From the human T2T-CHM13v2.0 reference genome, Homo sapiens, in the NCBI RefSeq assembly GCF_009914755.1, contig NC_060930.1: 64,000 nucleotides of DNA; one strand, written 5' to 3'. The translations under genes and the position numbers were made by a program. The notes under the pieces are model-generated. The model saw only the letters and a list, made by a program, of their open reading frames with translations, did not search any database and was not told the DNA's origin. Shown piece by piece: positions 1-16,139 of the stretch. Position 1 is the first letter of the stretch. Each line of letters begins with the position of its first letter.

Positions 1-169
1 TGCATGATAAATATAATTAAAATTATACTACATGAAAATTACTACATAAATACAGCCATTCTTATGGTAGGATACATCATTTGCCATTGTATATTCTCCC
101 ATTCGTGGGTTGCATTTACTCTGTTGATAATGTTTTGATGCACAGCATTTTAAAATTTTCATGTAGTAT

Positions 170-1495
170 CTGTGTTGTACTACATTACTACATAAACACA
201 ACCAGTATGATGGTCATACCACCATCCATCTCCAGAACTCTTTTCATCTTCCCAAACTGAAGCTCCATACCCATTTAACAATAACGCCTCATCCCTGTTT
301 CCCCTCTCCCCAGCCTCTGGCAACCACCATTCTACTTTCTGTCTCTATAATTTTGACTACGCTAAGTACCTCTTAAAAGTGACATCATACAGTATTTGTC
401 TTTTGCGATTGGCTGATTTCACTTAGCATAATGCCCTCAAGTTTCATTCATGCTGTAGCATGTATCGGAAATCCTTGTTTTTTAAGGCCGAACACTCTTC
501 CACTGTATGCAGATACTGCATTCTGTGTATCCATTCATCCATTGATGGACACTTGGGTTGTTTTCATGTTTTAGCAATTGTGAATAGAACTGCTATAAAT
601 ATGAGCATACAAGTACCTTTTCAAGACCCTGCTTTCAATTCTTTTGGTTATTTACCCAGAAATGGATTTGCTGGATCATATGTTCTTAATTTTTTTTTTT
701 TTTTAGACATGGGGGTCTTGCTTTCTCACCCAGGCTGGAGTGCAGTGGTGCAATCATAGCTCACTGCAGCCTGCAGCCTCAGGCTCTTGGGCTCAAGTGA
801 TTCTCCTGCCTCAGCCTCCCGAGCAGCTGGGACCACAGATGCCAGCCACCATGCCCAGCACATTTTTGTATTTTTTGTAGAGACAGGGTCTTGCTATGTT
901 GCCCAGACTGGTCTTCAACTTCTGGGCTCAAGTGATCCTCTTACCCCGGCCACCCACAGTGCTGGGATTACAGGTATGAGCAACCGTGCCCAGCCATTGT
1001 TTTAATTTTTTGAGGAGCTGTTTTCCCCAGTGGCTGCACCATTATACATTACTACCCACAAAGGATACGGGTTCTAATTTGTTCACATCCTCCCCAGAAT
1101 TGTTTTCTGTTTTGTTGACAGTATTCATCCCAGTAAGTGTAACTCACTGTAGTTTTGGTTTGCATTTTCCTAATGATTAATGATGTTGAACATCTTTTCA
1201 TGTGCTTCTTGGCCATTTGTATACCGTCTTTGGAGAAATGTCTATTCAAGTCTTTTGTCCATTTTTTTAAGCAGATTGTTTTGTTGTTGTTGTTGTTGAG
1301 TTTTAGCTGTTCTCTTTGTATTCTGGATATCAATCCTTTATCAGATAGATGATTTATCAATATATTATCAATATATTCTCCCATTTGTGGGTTGCCTTTT
1401 TACTCTGATAATGTCGATGCACAAAATTGACAATTTTCATGTAGTCCAATTTGCGTACTTTTTTCTTTTGTTGACTGCACCTGTGGTGTCATAGC
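170..1495 (-). mobile_element. Old L1 (L1M-type) 3' fragment, interrupted by an Alu
   Basis: ORF 1052..1384 resembles the L1 ORF2 C-terminus ([13 protein letters not shown]...[11 protein letters not shown]); L1 3'UTR-like sequence to the left. Confidence 0.8.
690..995 (-). mobile_element. Alu (AluJ-like)
   Basis: Poly(T) followed by reverse Alu consensus. Confidence 0.9.
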
Positions 1496-1713
1496 GCCTG
1501 GTTTTCAGTTTTTCCAGGATGTCTGTGTGTGTGCAAGCTTCCTGAAATCCCTTGTTGTGCCTGAGCATCTCAACCACCACACGAACTCACAGTGGCAGTT
1601 CCCTAGGGCAACTGTTGTCAAACTTGTTTTGGCCAGGAAATCCTTTCTTCAGCAGAAATTACATTTAGAAGAGCAATAAAACACATCAAAAATGAGCTCT
1701 CTGGATGAACTCA

Positions 1714-1717
<4 letters not shown>

Positions 1718-1746
<29 letters not shown>
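1718..1746. repeat. (TG)n microsatellite
   Basis: About 14 TG units. Confidence 0.95.
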
Positions 1747-1874
1747 TGGGCAAAGGGCTTGGAAGGAGACCCACATTCGCTTAGCCCTCTACTTCCCTTC
1801 CCCAAGCAGTTACCCTGATTCAACAGAACAAAGTTTAAAACCATTGCCATAGGGCATTAAAAAGATCAGTTATG

Positions 1875-2350
1875 TTTATTGCACACGTATGTTTATTGCG
1901 GCATTATTCACAATAGCAAAGACTTGGAACCAACCCAAATGTCCACCAATGATAGACTGGATTAAGAAAATGTGGCACATATACACCATGGAATACTATG
2001 CAGCCATAAAAAATGATGAGTTCATGTCCTTTGTAGGGACATGGATGAAACTGGAAACCATCATTCTCAGTAAACTATCGCAAGAACAAAAAACCAAACA
2101 CCGCATATTCTCACTCATAGGTGGGAATTGAACAATGAGATCACATGGACACAGGAAGGGGAATATCACACTCTGGGGACTGTGGTGGGGTGGGGGGAGG
2201 GGGGAGGGATAGCATTGGGAGATATACCTAATGCTAGATGATGAGTTAGTGGGTGCAGCGCACCAGCATGGCACATGTATACATATGTAACTAACCTGCA
2301 CAATGTGCACATGTACCCTAAAACTTAAAGTATAATTAAAAAAAAAAAAA
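1875..2350 (+). mobile_element. 5'-truncated young L1 (L1PA2-type), ~475 bp, in GABRR1 intron 6
   Basis: ORF2 C-terminus (...[11 protein letters not shown]), 3'UTR G-tract and poly(A); TSD AAAAAGATCAGTTATG at 1859-1874 and ending 2361; GAG/A rather than L1HS-Ta ACA/G at the 3'UTR diagnostic sites. Confidence 0.93.
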
Positions 2351-2458
2351 GATCAGTTATGGCAATGAAGGTTTTAGTTTCAAATTTGTTCCTGATATTT
2401 AAAATTACCCTAGACCTAGCTTCAATCTAACACATTACTTTAAAAGTACAGTCATGAA

Positions 2459-2740
<282 letters not shown>

Positions 2741-2839
2741 TCATGAATAAGGAACACACACTGTTCCTGCAGCTGAGAGTTAGAGGTGTTGAGAATTATC
2801 AGGAGCTGTGTGCTGATGCCCGGGGACAAGTCTACTCAC

Positions 2840-2922
2840 AGCTTTCAATTTCAAGAGAGCACGTTTGTGTGTCCAAGGGAAATCGGCTGAAGTCCATGTT
2901 GCACATTGCAGTTACTGTAACC
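2840..2922 (-). CDS. GABRR1: GABRR1 exon 6 (83 nt; [27 protein letters not shown], Cys-loop)
   Basis: C-x13-C Cys-loop with FPxD; acceptor TCTTTTTGGCCCTAG|G, donor T|GTGAGT. Confidence 0.98.
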
Positions 2923-4570
2923 CTAGGGCCAAAAAGACAAAATTGATTTATTCAGAGCCTGCAAAAGACGAGTGCAAAATGATAAATGGAAAAGGCCTCT
3001 GCTTCCTTCCAATATGATAGATGCCTCTTCTCATACTTCATAAGCAATGTGTCAGGGTTTAGATAAGTAGCTTATGAGTGATACCATCACTGGAGTACTC
3101 TTAGGCATTTATGTTTAACCCAAGGGTCAGTGTGAGGCAAATGGAATGTCTCTACTAACTCTTATCACATTCAAGCATTTTAAAGAAGCAATGGTCTCAA
3201 TGAATATAATAATGTGAAATAAAAACTTACATGATATGGTTTCTTAAAAGAAGCTCTAGGACCATATATTGTTCTCCTGTTTCAGATAAATTCCAGTTCT
3301 TTTGTTCTTTTATTGATTTTATTGATATTCCACATCATATACAATACAGTGTACACTTACCCCAGTTGCCAAGCTTGGCACTTTTTCTTTAACGATGTTG
3401 ATATTTTTATATTGATAATAGTATCTACTAGTGGGCATATGTGTTGTTAGTGGATAATTCCTTGGAGATCAAAGTAATGGAAAAACACTGAAAGGTCTTA
3501 CTGTGTTAATAGGCAAGCACTTGCTGGCATTGAGTGATTTTATTTCAGAATTTACACTGGGAAAGAGGCTTCCGCATCAAAAGCCAAACACATACAGATC
3601 ATTCTTCATAGTGAAAAGCCTCCTATCCAGTGGGGAATTTCACAGCAGGACACGATTAACATTTGTTCGCTCGTGCTGAATGGACTCCTTTTCCTTCAAC
3701 CATGCAATATTTGCTACGCAAAAGTTGTGGAAATTATATGAATAATTCATGGTAAAAAAAGAAAAATCACTTTTAATTTAAATGGAAATTTCAAGGAAAA
3801 GAACATTCTTGAAATGGAATTTTTCAAATATTTGCCTCATTTTTTCCCACTGCTTTGAGGGTGGAATGGTTGCATTCTATCTATGAGGCATTTTTGATTG
3901 CCAGCAGCTGGGTGGTCTTATGTCTCCTGGAAATCCTGATAAACAGGGAATGTTAGAGTGCAGAGGTCGAGGTGGGGGTCAGGCTGGCAGCTGACTTGGA
4001 TGCCTAATGGGTGGGTTTCCATTTCTATGGGTACATCATCGCATAACAATGCCCAATGGCATCATCAACATGAAATAAGCTAAGAACTAACTTCAGGGAC
4101 ACTTCGAGCTAACTTTAGAGACATAGAATGCCCAATGAAGGAAATGTTTTGCTACGAACAAGGGGACTGAATACTCCTCCTCATTCTGTTAGTTGGTATA
4201 GGAACAGCTGTTTTCAGAATTACAGACATCACCAGAATGGGTCTTCCCACCCTGAGTTGATGCTTCTCTCCATATAACTTACACATAAAGCAACCATTTG
4301 TGATGTAATCAAAGCTCATGTTTATTCTTGTTTCCACAAGTCTCTTTAAATTGATTCATTGGAGGGGCTCTTCCCTGCCCTGGATGGAAACTTGGCAGGT
4401 CCCGTGGCTCTTCTGCTCACTCTTATGTAATAGTCAAAACCCTCTTAAGTCACAAACCACACCTTAATTCAGAAATTAAGAGTTTTGGTCTGAGGTATTC
4501 ATCAGCTTCAAAGTTCATTCAAATGAAGACTTCTGCTGTCCCTCCTCAGCTAAGATAAAAGTTGGCATTT

Positions 4571-4730
4571 GACGGGCGTAGTGGCATGCACCTGTAGTCC
4601 CAGCTACTCAGGAGGCTGAGGCAGGAGAACTGCTTGAACCTGGGAGGCGGAGGTTGCAGTGAGCCGAGATCGCATCACTGCACTCCGGCCTGGGCAACAG
4701 AGTGAGACTCCATCGAAAAAAAAAAAAAGA
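4571..4730 (+). mobile_element. 5'-truncated Alu (right arm only)
   Basis: Right-monomer consensus plus poly(A); TSD AAAGTTGGCATTTGA on both sides. Confidence 0.9.
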
Positions 4731-5209
4731 AAAATAAAGTTGGCATTTGAGTGGTCAGTTTCTGCCTATCTCCGATCTCTTCCCACACAGGTGGAAGCGC
4801 AAGGAGACAGGGAGGTGGGCGCAGGGCAGTTCTGTGGCTGGGCGGCTTCCTGCTTTCTGGGCCTGTTACCTGGTGGAAGCTGATACTTTCTTTCCTGGCT
4901 TCCTCACTCCCACGACTGGGCGCCTCCACACTGCAGGTTTCCATTCTCCAGCTCTTGGTTCACCCACCGTCCTCTCCACATACACTCACAGATAAGTACA
5001 GTCTGATCCCACTATGGCAAAAACTTCTGGCTCTGCCCCCAGGGTGGTCAGACAGCTCTTCTCTCCCACCTAACTGCACAGTGTCCCAAACTGCAGGCAC
5101 ACACACACCAAGCTTTTTGAGAGGTCCCAGTGAAGGCCCACTCACGGAATGCCCACAATGCTTTCCCGAAAAAATTTCACAAATCTTTCCTTTCTCCCGC
5201 TGTCATTGA

Positions 5210-5210
5210 C

Positions 5211-5241
<31 letters not shown>

Positions 5242-5535
5242 TTTTTTTTTTTTTTTTGAGACAGTCTCGCTCTGTCGCCCAGGCTGGAGTGCAGTGGTGC
5301 GATCTCAACTCTGCAACCTCCACCTCCCTGGTTCAAACGATTCTCCTGCCTCAGCCTCCTGAGTAGCTGGGACTACAGACATGTGCCACCATGCCCAGCT
5401 AATTTTTGTATTTTTAGTAGAGATGGCGTTTTGCCATATTGGCCAGGCTGGTCTTGAACTCCTAACTTCAGATGATCCACCGGATCAGCCTTCCAAAGGG
5501 CTGGGATTATAGGCCTGAGCCACCATGCCCGGCCT
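5210..5535 (-). mobile_element. AluS with (TCT)n/poly(T) tail
   Basis: Reverse Alu consensus; TSD TCATTGACTC. Confidence 0.9.
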
Positions 5536-6379
5536 CATTGACTCTTTTATATCTTCAAGTTGACTAGGGATTCAAAAGTCATGGAATAGGTTTTTCAATA
5601 TTACCTTAGTAAAATCTACCAAGCATAATAGAGTATCTCACTTGTGGATTTCAGTTTTTATTGTATGCTGGTGCCTAGGAAACTGTTCTCATCATCCTGT
5701 TATCTGTGGCTCCCTGCTCCTCCACCCACTGCACTGCTGCATTCCTCATTTGTGTCCTAAGCATTGGGTTCTGTGCCTGTCTCCTCCACTAGCCTGCAGT
5801 CCTAGGAAGGACAGTGACCTCTATTCCTGTCTTTATGTCCCCAGAGCTTGATCTAGAATCTGGCATGGCTTTCATTCGTACAACTCCACAGGCCACCGTG
5901 GCACCCAGGATGCTGTTAATAAGAATCTGTTGAAGTAATCAATGAATGAATGAAGTGAGGAGATGGTAAATTGGATGTATTTTAGGAGCTGGCCAGTGGC
6001 TGACAGAGTTGACATGTTTTCCTTAAAATAAATTCAAAGCGGTGGTCTTCAGAAACTTAGATCTCTCTTTTTTTTTCATTTAAATCAAACAAACTCATCA
6101 CTTTATTTGCAATGAGAAATCAACTCATCTGCTTTTAGGCACAGGGAGGGAAAGGGGGTGTTTTCCTGGTGGTTGAGGCTCACTGAGGATTTTTATTCTG
6201 AACATACAAAAGATTTTCTACTCCCTTCCTGCACTCACATCCAGTGGTGCACTGGACTGGACTTCTACAGGCTTTCGGGAGCTGATTGCTAGATTTTCAG
6301 GAAGCTTGTGAGCCAGTTGTTAAACACAGTCACTATTAAGCATTAAAATTAAATGTCACATTAAAAAACATAAATAATA

Positions 6380-8355
<1,976 letters not shown>

Positions 8356-8986
8356 AAAACAAAAGTAAAAAATACTCATCAATTCCTAAGTATTTCACCA
8401 CATTTTATTATGTATATTCTTGAAGCCATTTACACTTATTGCATCTGTATGGTGGAAACACTGCATAATGGTGTGCTGCCATGAATTTCTTCCTAATTCT
8501 GCATTTAGTGACATCAGGTGGGAGCTTGAAATCAGCCACGATGGGAGTATTTATACTACAGAAATCAGCAAACACTACAAATCAGGGCTTGATTTATTGT
8601 TTTGTTGATTGTCTAGACTTAAGGCAGATTAAGCCTAAAAGGGTGTTATGCCTATTATCATTACATTGTGAGTAGTACAAAATATTGAGGACATATTTCA
8701 GTATTTGAAAGCTATCATCCAATTCAGCAAAGAAGTTGCTTATGTCTTTGATGAATGAGTAAAGTTTCTATATAGTTTTTCATTGTTTCACTTTTGTCTT
8801 ACTAATGGAAAAGAAAATATCAACCAACATTCATCAGATCTATATTCATTTGTTGATGATAGAATTATAAAAACTTATAGTGGTTTTTCCAAGAACTAGG
8901 AAATCATGCTCAAGTTATAAATATATGGAATTTATAATAAAGAGCATTATACGTCCTTTATGTCAGTGATGTTTACAACAAACTTA

Positions 8987-9574
<588 letters not shown>

Positions 9575-10675
9575 TCAGAAATGAAGACTTCAGGGAGAAC
9601 CAGCTCAACATGGCTTGGGGAAGGGGTTGCACATCCTGGACCCGCCTGAGTACTTCTTACGGGAGGAAGCATTTTAAGCATTAAAGATGAAAACCCCATA
9701 ACCCCACTCTGTGTTAGGTACCTAATTACTTAGGTTCCAGGCCAGAATGAGTATGGAGGGATCATCATAAATATTCCTTTGGGGAATGGGGACAGAAAGT
9801 CAGCTTCAACATTGCAATCTCTGACTCCATAGGTTTATAAGTCTACTGTGCAAGCATCCATGAACCCTCTACTTATACACTGATGTGTGGATTCATCTTT
9901 ACCATTCATCAGCACGGAAGCCAAAGCAAAGTCTGTGAAACTGGAATGCACCGTCCACAAAGCACAAGAGGAGCAGACCACAGCAAGTGACCACATCCCT
10001 TCTCTGTGAAGGCCTGCTGCTCATCTCCATGTGCCTTGAGTACCATGAGTTTCTAAAGTTCCTGTGCAGCCTGAAAACCACACTGTGGAGCTGTGTTTAA
10101 GGAAAGCTTCCCCAGGCCAGCGCTTCATGAGCAATTAAACGTTTTTAAAGTGTCTGAACTGGTGAGAAGATTTTATTCATTATATTTAAAAAGTGATGTT
10201 CAGAATGGCACGTCAAGTCATAAAGTAGCCGGGGGTCCCCATAGTTTCTCAAGTAGGACACTACGGAGAGAAAGGAGAGAAAACATGCCTGTGGTGGCCA
10301 GATGAAGCAGAAGAACTTTTTTTTAACCAAAGTTCTAAAATGTTCCCAAAAATGGGAATCAGAGAGATTGTAAGAAGTAAGTCCTTGAGAACACATTATC
10401 TATTTCTCTGACTCCTACTAGAGAAATAAACTTGTTTGTTATTGAAATATAACACATAGAATAGTATCAGTTTGAGAAATTGCCCCAAAGGTATTTTCAA
10501 GACTGAATAATTCTTTAAAATTTCTACTCATGTATAAAGTTAGTTTTCCTTGATGTTGAGAAGCTGGCAACTACTGAAAAGTTAGAAAGTAGACATTCAG
10601 AGCCAAAAACCCAAATTGCTGTTGTGAAACCAATGCTTTTCTTGGTTAATATGAATGATCTGCCTTTCTTCCTAC

Positions 10676-10899
10676 CTGAGACTATAGAGCACTTTCCCAT
10701 CAGGCTGGACCCGCAACATGACGTTGTCTGTGGTGGTGTCGTGGATGAAGGAGCGTTTGGAGTGCACGAAAAACATGTCAGGGACCCAGATCTTCTTGAC
10801 CAGCCGGCCATCAAACGTCATGCTGAGGTTGTTGGTGCTTGGAAAAGACAGCCTCTCGTCCTTCCAGTAGTGCCTCAGGTAGAGGGTCATCGTAAAGTC
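10676..10899 (-). CDS. GABRR1: GABRR1 exon 5 (224 nt; DFTMTLYLRHYWKDERL...IWVPDMFFVHSKRS...DGKVLYSLR)
   Basis: Within ORF 10672..10947; contains the WxPD motif of ligand-gated ion channel ectodomains; acceptor CTCCCAG|GAC, donor CAG|GTAGGA. Confidence 0.98.
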
Positions 10900-11149
10900 C
10901 TGGGAGCAGAAGGGCAGAGAGGGAACCCCAGACACACACAAACCCACTGAGATGTGGATTCTGTAGCCCCTGTGGAGCCATCACTTGGCTGGGGAATGAA
11001 ACCGAACCAAGAGAGGTTTTGCTTCTAGTCTCCAGAGTTTGCTGCAGTAGGAGGAAGAGAACGCTGCAGGGGGCGGGGGGCGGGGCACGGCGTGGAACTC
11101 AGAGAGAAGCCTGGAGCAGACAGTGTAAGTGTGCCTGGCCCTGCTTCAA

Positions 11150-11555
11150 GCCCCTGGCATTCACTCTACACTTGAGGGGCTGCTACTGCCACCATGTGTG
11201 ACTCAAGCCACAGATGCCAGAAAGTTCATACCTGCAAACAGCACTCAATCAGAGAGAAGGCGGTGGATACATACCCCAGAGCCTGCACCCCTGAGTCAGA
11301 ATAACCCTGAAGTGTGTTCTTCAGTGACTCCCAGAGTACTCCAGTGGCACTGAGTTCTGTGGTTCTATAACTGAGTTCCATACCAGTTCCACAGTAACTG
11401 GTTTGATAGCACAGCCCTCTTTGCTTCCTTCTCTTCCTCTCTCCCTTCCCCACTCTGTTCTGGTGTTTCCCAGGATCACTTCCCAAATAAAGTGCTTATA
11501 CTTATGCTTGTGACTGCTTGTCTCAGGTCTGCTTTTTGGTGGACCCAAACTAAGG
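11150..11555 (+). mobile_element. ERVL LTR fragment (LTR16-like)
   Basis: 3' end CACTTCCCAAATAAA...TGTCTCAGGTCTGCTTTTTGGTGGACCCAAACTAAG is characteristic of LTR16; left boundary uncertain. Confidence 0.5.
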
Positions 11556-12017
11556 TAGGTCCCTAAAATATCCTGTAAGTCAAGGAGTTGGAGAATGTTG
11601 CACTTTTTATCTGAACCGACCAAAAAGGGGGCGGGCGGGGGGAAAGGACACTCTTTTGCTTCTTTTGCATTTCGACAGCCAGGTACAGAATCCACAGGAA
11701 TAAGATGTGTTTGACTACTTAGCAGCTGCAAACTTGGGCCCTGCTGCTTACATTTGAGAGCTTTTGTCCAGAAAATGCATCCCAGTGGCAAGAGCCTGGC
11801 CACTGGAGTGAGAAAGGTTAAGCTTGTTATCTGGCTCTGTTTCATACCAATTGGGTGGCTTTGGGCAAATCTTCCTGAGCCATCTGAAAAAGTAGTGTGG
11901 GGATTCCCACCGCCCAGGGCAGTTGTGAGACTAAGTGAATTCAGGTGCGTGGAGCTCCTGGCCCTGGACCGGCTTTGTGAATCCCCCTGCCACGGCCCTG
12001 GTCAGAGAAGCACTTAC

Positions 12018-12085
12018 CATGTCAACCTCTGAGATGCTATCCAAACTCTCCACCTGCACATCCACACCAACAGGAATGGCAGGGC
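12018..12085 (-). CDS. GABRR1: GABRR1 exon 4 (68 nt; GPAIPVGVDVQVESLDSISEVDM)
   Basis: Acceptor CTCTGTCCCCAG|GC, donor ATG|GTAAGT; typical Cys-loop receptor beta-strand 1-2 sequence. Confidence 0.97.
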
Positions 12086-12754
12086 CTGGGGACAGAGCAT
12101 GGCAAGAGCATTCACTGTTTTTACTTGAAATTTTACTATGGAGGAAATAGGCAAAAGGAGCATTTCCCCTGGAACCTCAATGTCATATCAGATTTGGAGG
12201 TTTGGTCATGGCAACCTGAAGTCAAACCAGAGATAAAAGCATGGAATCATAGGCTGGCTTTCTGAAATATTCCAACAGAAGTTTGAAAACATCCTTTCTT
12301 GGTTATATATGCTCATCTGAAGGTATGATGAAGACCTAGGTCAAAAGCTGGGTCTGATCTAAGAGTAACTGACGTCTTAGCATGAGGTCACCCACATTAT
12401 TCTCTATATTTGCCTTCTGGTGTTGCACCCTCTTTCATCCTGGAAGCCACTGTCTCTTGTCTGGACATGAGAAAGGCGTTGTTTGGTAATAGGCACTCAG
12501 AACCAAAGTCATATTCAGGTCATTTGCCAAACCCACAGATCTGCATCTTTGCAACATGATGGAGTAGCTTCCAGGGAAGACAGGATGCCTGTTTTAAGGA
12601 TGGCCTTAAAACATTAGATTTTTTGTTATTTCTGGGCCATACGGACTAAATATTGATAAAGAGTAAGGAAGTATAATGAAGGGAATCAATTCCTGCCCCC
12701 TTTCTTCCCTGCTCTGATGCTCTGAGGATGAAGGGCAGGCATGGAGCACACTGA

Positions 12755-13214
<460 letters not shown>

Positions 13215-13814
13215 GAGAATGATTTTTAAAATGAGTATTTTTTTTTTCCAGGAAAATAAACCCATAAGGGTGAAAAATTATTGACATTAAGAAGGCTGAA
13301 ACCCAGTAGCTGCAGGCTAAGCTTCATAGGGCTTTGCTATTCTTCTGCACTAAATCATTATTCTCTCAAGCTATTTTCATTTAATTAAAATGAGCAGACC
13401 ACATTCCGCCGTAAGATACATACCCTGAACTCTGTCTGCCAGCTCCCAGATGACAACAAATTTAGTCCAAGGTTGTTATTTCCAAGTATTTTTAGGAGGC
13501 CGCATTGGGCTGCAGCTGCCCTGTGTTCTCCTGCCCTTCCTACAGCCAGCTGTTGGCCTCCCTCATCGTGAGCCATCCTAGAGGGGCAGCAGCCACCCAG
13601 CAGCAGATGCTTCCTGAGACTGTGTTCAGCAGAACCCAGGGCGGGGCAAGACAGATGCTCAAAATGTACTGTGGGCTCGATGTCTTGTCCACCAAGCACA
13701 ACTGAGGCAGACCGGGTCAGCGGAGAGCAAAGCTGTGCTGTCCCTTGGCTAATTTCCTGCCCACAGACAGAGGACCAGAAGAAAGAGGACACCCTGAGAG
13801 CACACATCCCATAC

Positions 13815-13921
13815 CTCCAAAGCCAGGCCTCATGCTGAAATCATGGTCATCTATCCTCAGAAGCTGTTCTGACTTTGTCAGAGGCGATTTGGTGATGTCA
13901 GGACTTCGTCTCAGAATTGGG
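13815..13921 (-). CDS. GABRR1: GABRR1 exon 3 (107 nt; PILRRSPDITKSPLTKSEQLLRIDDHDFSMRPGFG)
   Basis: Within ORF 13717..13965; acceptor TTTCTTCCCCCTTGGCAG|C, donor GAG|GTATGG. Confidence 0.97.
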
Positions 13922-14153
13922 CTGCCAAGGGGGAAGAAACCAGGCTGATCATATATTCCAACCAAGACAAATAAACAGTAACTTGCATTCTGACTTGATC
14001 TTGATAGGTGTGATGGGGTGTGCTATTTCTTCTTTTAAGCTATTGGACATCCCCTCTTTCTTTCTCCATCTTTCTGGATAAATGAACTAACCCAGAAGGT
14101 CCAAGACATTGGCTTTGACCATGACTGTGGAGCTTTAAAAATACTGATGCCTG

Positions 14154-14535
<382 letters not shown>

Positions 14536-14932
14536 TTAATGTGTAACCAAGACTGAAAAATAGCTGGTTCTAGTCTTGTTATTAATAGCCCAAATTCCCT
14601 TAAAGTGCCTCAGCCTTTTGAGGGGTTTTGAGCTGGAGGGGAGAGCCAGTGAGTATGGTCTGAGCCTGGTCCCCTGATCTCTGTTGGCCCACTGTGGAGG
14701 GAGCAGGACCTTGCCCTCGAGGGAAATGCTGACCATCCTGTTTGCATGGAAGGTGGCTACTCCTGCTACTGCTTCTGAACCACACCTGGGGTCATTTGTA
14801 TTTATTTTCTCTTTTTCTCGATTGGTAACATACTTTTAGCAGTTGACAATTTTTTAAAAGAAGAAATGTAGTGAAGACTCAGCCTCCCACTTCTGCCTCC
14901 ACCCGCTCCTAGCCCTCATCCACAGGTGTTTC

Positions 14933-15246
<314 letters not shown>

Positions 15247-15345
15247 AGGTGTTGCTCTTACTGGTTTCTTGTCTATCTGACCAGAGTTTCTTGTATACAA
15301 ATATATACAGACATATATTCTTAGTTATCCCCTCTTTATTTTATA

Positions 15346-15667
15346 TTTTTTATTTATTTATTTATTTTTAAAGACAGGGTCTTGCTCTGTCATCCAAGCT
15401 GGATTCAGTGACCTATCATGAGCTCACTTCAGCCTCAAACTCCAGGGCTCGAGTGATCCTGGATTCAAGTGATCCTCCCATCTCAACCTCCCAAGTAGCT
15501 GGGACTACAGGTACATGCAACTGAGTCCAGTTAATTTTTAAATTTTCTGTAGAGATGGGGGTTCTACTATGTTGCCCAGGCTGGCCTCAAACCCCTGGCC
15601 TGCAAGCAACTCCCACCTAGGCCTCCCAAAGTGCTGGTATTACAGGCGTGAGCCACCACACCCAACC
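15346..15667 (-). mobile_element. AluJ
   Basis: Degenerate reverse Alu with (TTTA)n tail. Confidence 0.85.
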
Positions 15668-16088
15668 TGGAAGTACTTCTCAAACTAGAAAGTGCTACAC
15701 AAATGGGAGGAGCCATTGCCATTTCTGAACCCACCAGGAAGTGTCCTTCTAAAGTGAGGAATTACCGTGCTGGCAGCAAAGGAGGTGGCCCAGGGAAAGA
15801 ATTGGAACCAGTGAGCTGCTTACAGATATGAGGGAGGAAGCCGGGCTTGTCAAGAGGAGGAACACCAGCTCCCATTGCCGCGGACATCCTCTCTCACCAG
15901 CTCGATCCAGGAGCCACCCCCCCACCCCTGACTGCCGTCTCCTTTCAGGCTCCCCTTCCTCTGGTCCCCCACCCTCCACTTTCTGATCCTTGGTGAGGGG
16001 TCGGGGAGGGGCCCTGCTGAAAATCACTACAGTTGAGGTTCAGGGAAGAAACATCTGCAGAACAGTGTGCACGTGCTTATGGCCATAC

Positions 16089-16139
16089 CTGACTTGCTTG
16101 TGGGCATCTTCATGTACTTCTCGTCTTTGTCTTTGGGGC
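16089..16139 (-). CDS. GABRR1: GABRR1 exon 2 (51 nt; RPQRQRREVHEDAHKQVS)
   Basis: Acceptor TTTTTTATGTTCATAGTAG|G, donor CAG|GTATGG; translation continues the rho1 frame; phase 2-2. Confidence 0.96.

Noticed and set aside
91-167. Segment similar to 1373-1445, suggesting a local duplication
   Set aside because: Both are diverged copies of the same L1 ORF2 region; independent L1 fragments are the simpler explanation.
1875-2350. Possible human-specific L1HS-Ta insertion
   Set aside because: 3'UTR diagnostic positions are GAG and A, not ACA and G; the same holds for the full-length copy.
12590-12613. Perfect 10-bp hairpin TGTTTTAAGG-ATGG-CCTTAAAACA
   Set aside because: About one such stem is expected by chance in 64 kb; no other support.
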